A stretch of DNA of 22,293 nt from Candidatus Sigynarchaeum calidifontis (lineage in GTDB: Archaea; Asgardarchaeota; Lokiarchaeia; Sigyniarchaeales; Sigyniarchaeaceae). Shown one piece after another: positions 15,189 to 22,293 of this stretch. The position numbers were made by a program, and so were the translations under genes. Location: NCBI GenBank assembly GCA_030587475.2, contig JAUQYZ020000013.1, positions 1 through 22,293 of the forward strand, in the 5' to 3' direction. Position 1 is the stretch's first letter. Every line of letters starts with the position of its first letter. The notes under the pieces were generated by a model that saw only the letters and a program-made list of their open reading frames with translations, was not told the DNA's origin and searched no databases.

Positions 15189-15740
15189 ATGAAGGTAAAG
15201 AAGCGTGTCGTGCTGATGGGTCTCGATGCAGCCGGAAAGTCGTCGATCTTGCTCAGTCTGCAGAACGACACGTCTCTCTCCTCCTATATGCAACTTCCGC
15301 CGACGACTGACATCAAGCGCAGCGTGATCGAGGATGACCAGAACGAGTTCTACATCTTCGATTTCGGCGGCCAGGAAACCTTGCGCCAGGGGTACTTGAA
15401 TAACCTCGGTCAATATCTGGGGGACGTCGACAAGGTCATTTTCGTCATCGATGTGAAGGACACGCGCCGGCACGCGATCGCGCTCGATTATCTTGCCAAG
15501 GTTGTCGAGTATCTCGCTTTGAATCCGATGCCCCGATCTCGAAACAGCACGCGATCAGTCACCGTTTCCGTTTTCTTGCACAAGTGCGACACGCTTCCCG
15601 GCGGGAAGGAGGATCCGTCGCTCGATCCGATTACCCGCGAACTCATCGAAAAGATCTCCAAGATCATGCCAGAAGGCTATCCACACGAGATCCACAAGAC
15701 TTCCATATTTGCGCAGTTCCAGAAGACCCGGATCAAGTGA
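15189..15740 (+). CDS. Small Ras-superfamily GTPase (Arf/Rag-like, Asgard type)
   Basis: G1 GLDAAGKSS, G2 PPTT, G3 DFGGQ, IFVID, G4 HKCD, G5 TSI. Confidence 0.9.
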   Translation: MKVKKRVVLMGLDAAGKSSILLSLQNDTSLSSYMQLPPTTDIKRSVIEDDQNEFYIFDFGGQETLRQGYLNNLGQYLGDVDKVIFVIDVKDTRRHAIALDYLAKVVEYLALNPMPRSRNSTRSVTVSVFLHKCDTLPGGKEDPSLDPITRELIEKISKIMPEGYPHEIHKTSIFAQFQKTRIK

Positions 15741-15828
15741 CGGGCACGCCAGGGAAGCGTCGGTTGTTGTGATAGCAAGCCCGGGAAACACTTTTTTTCA
15801 AAAGAGCCAGACAGTTCAATGATCCCCC

Positions 15829-16749
15829 ATGGATGTAATCCCGTGGATCCTCGTGGCAGCCCTTGCAGCGATGCTCGTGGTCGTCATCGACCGGTTCTTC
15901 CGCAAGAAATACTTGTATTTTGCCCGGCTCGATACGAGTGGCCTCGATCTCGACTCTCTGTCCGTTCCAGTTGGCGATATCGCCTTGAACGCGATCGTCG
16001 CCCGGCCACGAGCTGCTCGATGCGGTCTTAATAGCAATGACAATAGCAAACACGTTATTACACGGGGACCGTTCCCGCTCGTCATCATCGAGCACAGCTG
16101 GGGCACCTCCGTCGATTCACCCTACATTCGACAATACATCTCGTCAATCTCGCTCGGGCTCCCTTGCATCGTCCTTGCATGCGACTTGCGAGGCCATGGC
16201 AAGAGCCCCGGCGATCGCACTGACTACAAGCGCACGAGGGACGACCTCAAGCGCATCATCGAGTTCGGGATGGAATTGCCCGGGGTCGACCCCTGCCGAG
16301 TGGGTTTCATGGGCTTCTCCACGGGTGGCAGCCTCGCCCTCACGGAGCCCTATCTCGACTCGCGGGTCAAGGCGATCGTTGCCGTTGCCGCAGCCTTCAA
16401 TCCGATGGCTAATTTCTTGCGCCGGCCGCGTTCGCTCACGGGCTGGCTGTTCAAGTTACTGCTCACGGCCGGCGAGGCCAGGAAACGCCGGGCGCCGGGC
16501 GAGGACATCGGTTCGCTATCCCCGCAGCACACGATCGTTCCCGGGGATGTGACACGGAACCAGCGCGTGTTCTTGATTCACGCGAGGGACGATCGCGTCG
16601 TCCTCGTCGATCAATTCGAGGCGCTGCGTGACGCTCTCGGCCTGGCTCCTGACGCGTACCTGCTCCTCGATAAGGGCGGGCACACGTTCTTCGGGCAAGA
16701 GATGCTGGTGCTCGGGGCGGCGCTGAGATTTTTCAGTAAGAAACTATGA
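15829..16749 (+). CDS. Membrane-anchored alpha/beta-fold hydrolase
   Basis: N-terminal hydrophobic helix, DLRGHGKS, nucleophile elbow GFSTGG, acid ARDDRVV and His GGHTF. Confidence 0.85.
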   Translation: MDVIPWILVAALAAMLVVVIDRFFRKKYLYFARLDTSGLDLDSLSVPVGDIALNAIVARPRAARCGLNSNDNSKHVITRGPFPLVIIEHSWGTSVDSPYIRQYISSISLGLPCIVLACDLRGHGKSPGDRTDYKRTRDDLKRIIEFGMELPGVDPCRVGFMGFSTGGSLALTEPYLDSRVKAIVAVAAAFNPMANFLRRPRSLTGWLFKLLLTAGEARKRRAPGEDIGSLSPQHTIVPGDVTRNQRVFLIHARDDRVVLVDQFEALRDALGLAPDAYLLLDKGGHTFFGQEMLVLGAALRFFSKKL

Positions 16750-16776
16750 AATCGACAACGAAAATGGACGTGAAAC

Positions 16777-17469
16777 ATGATGGATGCAAAGACACGAAAG
16801 GAATTGCTGGACGCGTACGAGGACCTGCGCGTCGCTGACGTCCGCGACGGGATGGATATGTTGATGCTGCACGCGTATGGATCGATGGATCAATCCATAC
16901 GCCCGTTGTGGAGGACCCGTGCACACGGGATCGCCAAGACCGTGCGGTACGTCCCATACAAGGGCGGGATACCATGCAACAGCCCCGAGGAATACAAGAA
17001 ATGGACCTCGAAGTATTACGGAAGCGTGTGTACCTACTGGTGGATAGCGGACATCGATCCGGGCGATTTCGCCGTGATCGACGCGAGCGGCGTGAACGCC
17101 GGCTTGATGGGCTCTGAAAACTCTTTGAACGGCATCATCCGGGGCATCCGGGGATACGTGACGAACGGGGGCGTCCGCGACACGGACGAGCTCATCCTGG
17201 AGAAGGTGCCGTTCTGGTCTGCGATGATAAGCCAGACCATGGTGCAAGGGCGGCTGCAATTCGACAGCTACGACGTGCCCGTGTCCGTGGGCGGCGTGAC
17301 CGTGAATCCCGGCGACGTGGTCGTTGCTGATGGTGACGGGGTCATCGTCGTCCCGCAAGACAAGGCGCTCGAGGTCGCGCGCTATGCAAGGGAGATACAC
17401 GAGGCCGACAAGGCGGTCCGGCGGGGGCATTACAAGGCGCTCGGGCGGGAACCCGATGGCACCGTTTGA
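16777..17469 (+). CDS. RraA/MenG-like, HMG/CHA aldolase-family protein
   Basis: GIAKTVRY, PGDFAVID, GGVRDTDE and VPVSVGGVTVNPGDVVVADGDGVIVVP are RraA-like family motifs. Confidence 0.9.
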   Translation: MMDAKTRKELLDAYEDLRVADVRDGMDMLMLHAYGSMDQSIRPLWRTRAHGIAKTVRYVPYKGGIPCNSPEEYKKWTSKYYGSVCTYWWIADIDPGDFAVIDASGVNAGLMGSENSLNGIIRGIRGYVTNGGVRDTDELILEKVPFWSAMISQTMVQGRLQFDSYDVPVSVGGVTVNPGDVVVADGDGVIVVPQDKALEVARYAREIHEADKAVRRGHYKALGREPDGTV

Positions 17470-17921
17470 ACCGGGGTGAACCAGTCACGAACATCATAAA
17501 AGGCAAGGGCGATGCCGAGATAATCGTCCTCGGCATCCAGCCGGGCGAGCTGCTCCTCGAAAGCATCGTGCAAGCCATAGAAAAACACGACATCCACGAT
17601 GGTATCGTGCTGTCCGGCATCGGGACGCTGAAAACTTGCAACTTGCATTACATCAACCACGTCGATTTTCCCCCGTCAGACACGACCTACCATCTCGAAC
17701 AGCCTCTGGAGCTCGTGAACGTGAGCGGGATCATCGCGAACAAGGAACCGCACTTGCATGCCGTCGTCTCTTGCAAGGATGCCGAGGTGTACGGCGGTCA
17801 CCTGGAAAAGGGATGCGAGGTCGCCTACCTCGCCGAGATCAGCATCTTGAAGACCAGCTTTCTCCACATGAAACGCCATATTGACGAGGCACGAAAGATC
17901 AAGCTGATTGGCCCCGCATGA
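17466..17921 (+). CDS. PPC/DUF296 (AF0104-like) domain protein
   Basis: PGELLLESI, SGIGTL, LELVNVSGII, PHLHAVVS..YGGHL..GCEVAYLAEI. TTG start overlaps the upstream TGA (TTGA). Confidence 0.85.
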   Translation: MNRGEPVTNIIKGKGDAEIIVLGIQPGELLLESIVQAIEKHDIHDGIVLSGIGTLKTCNLHYINHVDFPPSDTTYHLEQPLELVNVSGIIANKEPHLHAVVSCKDAEVYGGHLEKGCEVAYLAEISILKTSFLHMKRHIDEARKIKLIGPA

Positions 17922-17932
17922 CATCCGGGCTA

Positions 17933-18898
17933 CTACACGGTTTTCATCAATTTTTCCAATTCCGCAAGCGTGACCTGACCGGCAATCCCGCCCGCTGCGC
18001 GGGTCTTGATGCTGCCGCACATGCTACCGATCCGGGCGCATTCCACCAGCGGCATGGCGTTCAAGTACCCGTACACGAACCCGGCATCGAAGCTGTCGCC
18101 GGATCCGACCGTGTCGACGATGGCCTTCACCTTCGCTGCTGTCACGGCGTGATCCTCGCCTTTCGCGTGCACCGTGGCGCCATCCTTCCCGCGCTTCACG
18201 ACCAGGATCGGAATCACTTTTCGCAAAACGGTGATGGCCGCATCGACCGTGGTGGTGCCGGCGATCGCCATCGCCTCGTTTTCGTTTGGCATCAAGATAT
18301 CGACGAGCGGTAGCAAGCGCTTCAGCCCGCCGTCCCATTGCTCGGCCGGGTCCCAGTTCGTGTCGACGCTCACGGTGGCCCCGCTTGCCTTCACCGCCTC
18401 GATGATGGCTGGATAGTGGGGGCGGATCCGGTTCATCAAGAAATAGCTACCCACGTGCAAGTGCCTGGTCGACGCGAGCATGTCGTCGGCCACGTCTTCC
18501 CTGCCGATCACGTCGATCGTGCCCGTGTACGTGAGCATTGCCCTGTCCAGGCCCGTGTTCATGACGACCGTGATGCCCGTCTTCACGCCCTTGTCCCTTG
18601 TCACGTGGGAGATGTCCACGCCCGCGCCCGAGAGCCGCTGCAAGATCAAGTCCCCGAACGGGTCATCACCGACCTTGCCAATGACGGCGGTCTTCAGCCC
18701 GAGCTTCGCCGCCTGGCAAGCGAAGATCGTGCACGACCCGCCCATCTCTAAAAAATAGTTGTCGACGATCTTTTCCTTTTGGCCGAATTCCGGGACGACC
18801 GAGCCGCCGGACAGGATCAAGTCGACGCAGCAGTCGCCGATCGTGATGACATCGTATTTCTTGTTCGTGTCATTCCCCCCGCGAACGAGGCTCGTCAG
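17933..18898 (-). CDS. PfkB/ribokinase-family carbohydrate kinase
   Basis: DVITIGDCCVD, MGGS, GKVGDDPFG, MPNENEA, VKRGKDGA, VDTVGSGDSFDAGF. The start is uncertain: there is no in-frame ATG/GTG/TTG near the expected N-terminus, so the CTG at 18898 that overlaps the upstream stop was used. Confidence 0.88.
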   Translation of the reverse strand: MTSLVRGGNDTNKKYDVITIGDCCVDLILSGGSVVPEFGQKEKIVDNYFLEMGGSCTIFACQAAKLGLKTAVIGKVGDDPFGDLILQRLSGAGVDISHVTRDKGVKTGITVVMNTGLDRAMLTYTGTIDVIGREDVADDMLASTRHLHVGSYFLMNRIRPHYPAIIEAVKASGATVSVDTNWDPAEQWDGGLKRLLPLVDILMPNENEAMAIAGTTTVDAAITVLRKVIPILVVKRGKDGATVHAKGEDHAVTAAKVKAIVDTVGSGDSFDAGFVYGYLNAMPLVECARIGSMCGSIKTRAAGGIAGQVTLAELEKLMKTV

Positions 18899-19953
18899 AG
18901 GCGCAAGATTACCGTCGGCTTTAGCCCCGGCGGGTTGTCCGGGTCGATGCCCTTCTTGAGCGCAGCCGTGTATGCGAGCTCCTGGACCACGTAGATAAAA
19001 GGAATCCCACGGACGCACATTTCCTTGTAGACAGGAATCGCCACGTGCATGTCGACACCTTTCCACGTGTCTTCCGGCTGATCGCTCACGACCACGACCT
19101 TGGCACCGGCCCGCTTCAAGTCCGCGACGAGGTCAGCTTGCAAGGCCACGTTGTGCGGGGAGCCGGCCATTACCACCAGGGTCTCTTCATCCACGAGAAC
19201 GATTGGCCCATGACGCACGTCAAGCACGTGGAAATAATTTGCCGGGACGCGGGTGATCTCGATAAACGCGAGCATGCCCTCGCGGGCGATGCCCTCGAGC
19301 TCCGCGTCCGCGAGCACCATGACCTTCGAGAACGATGCCCGCGACGTGAAATCGGCGATTGGCTTTCCATACGCGTTGATGAACGAGTTCCCGACCGCCA
19401 CGGCACGCGTGACCTCGTCGACCAGATCCTTGTCCTCCGAGAAAATTGCTGCCATCAACAACATCGCGACATACAAGTTCGTGACCGTCCGGGTCTGGCA
19501 AGTCGATTCATCGAAGGCCCACGGGAGGGCGATATTCAAATCGGCGATTGCCGATAACGTGGCGTTTTCCCTGGTGCATATCGAGACGACTGTTGTCTGG
19601 TACGCGTGCCGGGCGAGCTCGATACACTTCAACACCTCGCTGGTTGACCCGGAACGCGACGGGACGATGAAAATGCTGTCCTTGATCGCATCGGCATACT
19701 CCGGGAAGTTGAGGAGGAGGTCACCCGCGGTGATCGCGATCGCGGGCTTTTTCGCGTGCATCCTCGTCACGGCTGCACCCGCGATGCAAAGCGTGTAGCC
19801 CGAACCGCAGCCAATGAACGTCCAACTGGCTTTCTGGCGTGCCTTGAAAAATGCCTTGATTTCCTCGGCATTACCGGCGATCCGGCGGCACGTCTTTTCG
19901 AGGGCGTTGTATTGATCGGCGATCTCCTTGCCGATCTTGTGATCGGAATCCAT
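18895..19953 (-). CDS. Double SIS-domain sugar-phosphate isomerase/deaminase (GlmS C-terminal/AgaS/FrlB-like)
   Basis: IGCGSG, SRSGSTSEV, FDESTCQT, VRHGP and GIDPDNPPGLKPTV. No glutaminase domain. Confidence 0.88.
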   Translation of the reverse strand: MDSDHKIGKEIADQYNALEKTCRRIAGNAEEIKAFFKARQKASWTFIGCGSGYTLCIAGAAVTRMHAKKPAIAITAGDLLLNFPEYADAIKDSIFIVPSRSGSTSEVLKCIELARHAYQTTVVSICTRENATLSAIADLNIALPWAFDESTCQTRTVTNLYVAMLLMAAIFSEDKDLVDEVTRAVAVGNSFINAYGKPIADFTSRASFSKVMVLADAELEGIAREGMLAFIEITRVPANYFHVLDVRHGPIVLVDEETLVVMAGSPHNVALQADLVADLKRAGAKVVVVSDQPEDTWKGVDMHVAIPVYKEMCVRGIPFIYVVQELAYTAALKKGIDPDNPPGLKPTVILRL

Positions 19954-20071
19954 GTTTCCCGTTCCGGCATGCTTACTTTTCTACTTTTATGATCCCTATC
20001 CAGCTATACCGGTTGCTCAAAGCGGTAAACTACATATCGGGAAGTTCCATGCCCCAAGATCTGGTATCCAC

Positions 20072-21946
20072 ATGATCACGCCGCGTGTAGCTCGTGCATT
20101 CTTGTTGGCCAGTATCGGGATCGTGGCCTTTGGCCTCATCTTGCACGCCGCGATCCCGTCCCGGTTCGACAGCGATGCGACCGTAATGGCGCAAGGCCAG
20201 CCCTATGTCGCGCCCCTTGATCGAGGCAGCGCGGCGCCTGTTCCGCAAGCGCTCGAAATAACCGTATCTTTCCCAAACGAGCCTTGGATTTGGCTGTATC
20301 GGACCGAAACGCATTACGCGATCGTGAACCACACGGAACTCGACCGGTTCATGGCGGGCACCAACTTCACCGATCTCGTCCCGTTCAAGGCCGAGGATGA
20401 ATTTTCCGTGCGCACTGATTCAAGCGGCTTGTTTGTTACCATCTCCATCTCCTTCCCTGCGAGACATGGTGCAAGCCTTGCGCTCCTCGTCGTGACGAAC
20501 AGCACCTATTCGATCTCTATCAGTAGTTATTTCTCCACGATCCCGATCACGTACCGGCCCGGCATGGCAATGATGGCTGGTGGTTTTCTTGCCATGTTTG
20601 CCGTGCTCACGTGGACGCTCCGCGGTTGGAAGCGGCTCCTTGCCATCGGGGCCGGGATCAACACGGCTCTATTCTGGCTGCGCGCCAGCTCGCTGGCCAC
20701 GCCGCTGTCGGTCGACCCGATCCTTGCTAACGTGTTCACCGTGGAGGCATATGCGGATTTCCAGTTCCAGACCCTCATCTGGACAAAGGCGCTCGCGAGC
20801 GGCGTCGATTTGTATTCCCCGGCCGTCGCGATCGCTTATCCATACCCTCCACTATATGCAGAAATGTGTGGCTTGTTCGACTTGCTCCCGCTCCCCGCGT
20901 GGAAACTCGCCCTCCCGATCCTGGCCTTCACGATCCTCACGGCGCTTTTGGTACGCAAGATCACGCTCGACCTTGTGCATGACGAGAAGCGCGCGGGCAT
21001 CGCCATGCTGCTGTACCTGGTGAATCCCTTCGTGCTCTTCTATGGCTCGTACGCGTGGCTCTCGCCGCCGATGTTCGTGTTCTTCGTCGTGCTTGCCTTC
21101 TACCTCGCGATCAAGCGGAAGGGCGCGTGGCCGACGGTTGCCCTCGGCATCGCGATCGCGACCAAGCAATACGCGCTCGTGTTCTTCCCGCTGCTCCTGG
21201 TAGCGATGATACGATCCTCGGGCGCTAGGACGCCGAGAGCGGTGGCATGGAAAGTCTTCATCGCCACGGCCGCGTGTGGTGGGACCATCGCGCTGGCGTC
21301 GATGCCTTACATCGCCATTGACCCTTTCGGTTACCTGGAACGCGTGTATCTGTCCGGCGCGGGCGGACCCGGCGCCGTTGCCTACCTCTCCTTGTTTTAC
21401 AAGTTCAATTCCTATCCCGTGACCTTCAACTCGTTCTTTTTTTTCATCGGGGCGCCGGTGCCCTTCACGGATGCAATCGCGTGGGCACTCGCATACAACA
21501 TCCCGCTGCTCGCGTGCGGCGCGGGCGTGTACGTGGCATTTTTCATCGTTTCCCGCAAGGTCAAGATCGGCGATGATCAAGCTGCAACATCGGTTTACTT
21601 CGCGAGGCTGCTGTTCTTCTCGTTGTTGCTGGTCTTGTTCTTGCATGTGTTCTACAGCCACACGTACAAGTATTATTTCATCTTGCTCGCGCCGTTCGTG
21701 TCGATCTTGCACGACCCGTCCGACTTGGATCTGCGAAAGGCCGTGTCGAAGCCGGCGATGCGCATCGACAGGCGCTGGCTGCTCCCGACCCTTTACTCGC
21801 TGTTCCTCGTGCTCTGCTACAGGTACGTCTATCTTATGTTCGTGCTCGCGTGGGCGATCTACTTGATACTGAAAGAAAGGGGAAGCATTGACCGGCTCAC
21901 GGCGCGGTTGTGGAAGGGAAAAACTCCCCCGGCCGTCGTGTCATAG
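20072..21946 (+). CDS. GT-C superfamily polytopic glycosyltransferase (GT87/DUF2029/PIG-M-like) with an N-terminal extracytoplasmic domain
   Basis: Likely start ATG 20072 (MITPRVAR). N-terminal TM, soluble beta-rich segment, then many TMs with YADF, LY..YPYPP, LYLVNPF and ATKQYALVFFP motifs. Confidence 0.75.
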   Translation: MITPRVARAFLLASIGIVAFGLILHAAIPSRFDSDATVMAQGQPYVAPLDRGSAAPVPQALEITVSFPNEPWIWLYRTETHYAIVNHTELDRFMAGTNFTDLVPFKAEDEFSVRTDSSGLFVTISISFPARHGASLALLVVTNSTYSISISSYFSTIPITYRPGMAMMAGGFLAMFAVLTWTLRGWKRLLAIGAGINTALFWLRASSLATPLSVDPILANVFTVEAYADFQFQTLIWTKALASGVDLYSPAVAIAYPYPPLYAEMCGLFDLLPLPAWKLALPILAFTILTALLVRKITLDLVHDEKRAGIAMLLYLVNPFVLFYGSYAWLSPPMFVFFVVLAFYLAIKRKGAWPTVALGIAIATKQYALVFFPLLLVAMIRSSGARTPRAVAWKVFIATAACGGTIALASMPYIAIDPFGYLERVYLSGAGGPGAVAYLSLFYKFNSYPVTFNSFFFFIGAPVPFTDAIAWALAYNIPLLACGAGVYVAFFIVSRKVKIGDDQAATSVYFARLLFFSLLLVLFLHVFYSHTYKYYFILLAPFVSILHDPSDLDLRKAVSKPAMRIDRRWLLPTLYSLFLVLCYRYVYLMFVLAWAIYLILKERGSIDRLTARLWKGKTPPAVVS

Positions 21947-22293
21947 CTCGGCCTTCAAGCACCACGCGTGGTCGCATGGTTTCTTGCTCGCGATGCTGGC
22001 ATCAATCGAGATGGCGAGTTCGCCGCCTTCGAGCGTCCATTCGAGCGGTTTCTCGACGCCGAGCATGGTCACCTTGGATCCAGCCCTCGGCACGAGGAGC
22101 TTGCTCGTGAGCGTCGTGCCCGGCCACTCGAGCAAGAACATGTACACGATCTTCCCGTCCTTCGATGCCGTGAACCGGACATTGTCGCCCTCCTTCCACG
22201 CCTTCGCCCACGGGCGCGTGCCGTAGATGCCCTCGCCGGTGACCTTGATCCAATCGCCGGCGGCGTCTAACTGCTTGATCGCCTCGGGATGGA
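21941..22293 (-). CDS. Alpha-L-fucosidase (GH29), C-terminal part; the gene continues beyond the window
   Basis: The frame from 22291 reads HPEAIKQLDAAGDWIKVTGEGIYGTRPW..DNVRFT..VYMFLLEWP..VTMLG..LEW..PCDHAWCLK, matching GH29 (GxW...GExIYGTRPW) and its C-terminal beta domain. Confidence 0.85.
   Translation of the reverse strand, partial: HPEAIKQLDAAGDWIKVTGEGIYGTRPWAKAWKEGDNVRFTASKDGKIVYMFLLEWPGTTLTSKLLVPRAGSKVTMLGVEKPLEWTLEGGELAISIDASIASKKPCDHAWCLKAEL

Noticed and set aside
14658-15473. Minus-strand ORFs of 120 and 132 aa
   Set aside because: Antisense to the clearly recognisable ArsR and GTPase genes.
18899-19066. Upstream extension of the PfkB ORF to 19066
   Set aside because: It would overlap the SIS gene by about 170 nt with non-protein-like sequence.
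19952-20071. Start of the GT-C ORF at 19952
   Set aside because: It overlaps the divergent SIS start and leaves no promoter space. ATG 20072 precedes a signal/TM segment.
1-22293. CRISPR arrays, tRNA/rRNA genes, transposases, integrases or att-like repeats flanking the SIR2-STAND gene
   Set aside because: None were recognised by eye. Short or degenerate direct repeats could have been missed without computation.

Overview
Gene-dense, moderately GC-rich chromosomal window with archaeal-type promoters (BRE+TATA) and GGAGGTG/GGTGA ribosome-binding sites. An Arf/Rag-like small GTPase, a tandem Lrp/AsnC regulator and many carbohydrate enzymes point, by inference only, to an Asgard (Lokiarchaeia-like) archaeon. 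In order: tandem Cys-rich Lrp/AsnC regulator; small acidic orphan; about 0.7 kb non-coding gap; polytopic membrane protein fused to a GH123/DUF4091-like glycosidase; GH63/MGH1-like glycosidase; divergent six-hairpin-like protein; an NLR-like SIR2-STAND(NB-ARC)-TPR gene split inside its SIR2 domain by one in-frame TAA; possible PH/GRAM-like protein; ArsR regulator plus small GTPase; membrane-anchored alpha/beta hydrolase; RraA/HMG-aldolase plus PPC(DUF296); PfkB kinase plus SIS-domain protein; GT-C glycosyltransferase; and the 3' end of a GH29 alpha-L-fucosidase. No RNA genes, CRISPR arrays or mobile elements were recognised. The top candidate is the SIR2-NB-ARC-TPR immune-receptor-like locus at 9951-13721. 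All family calls come from motif recognition by eye, not from database searches.
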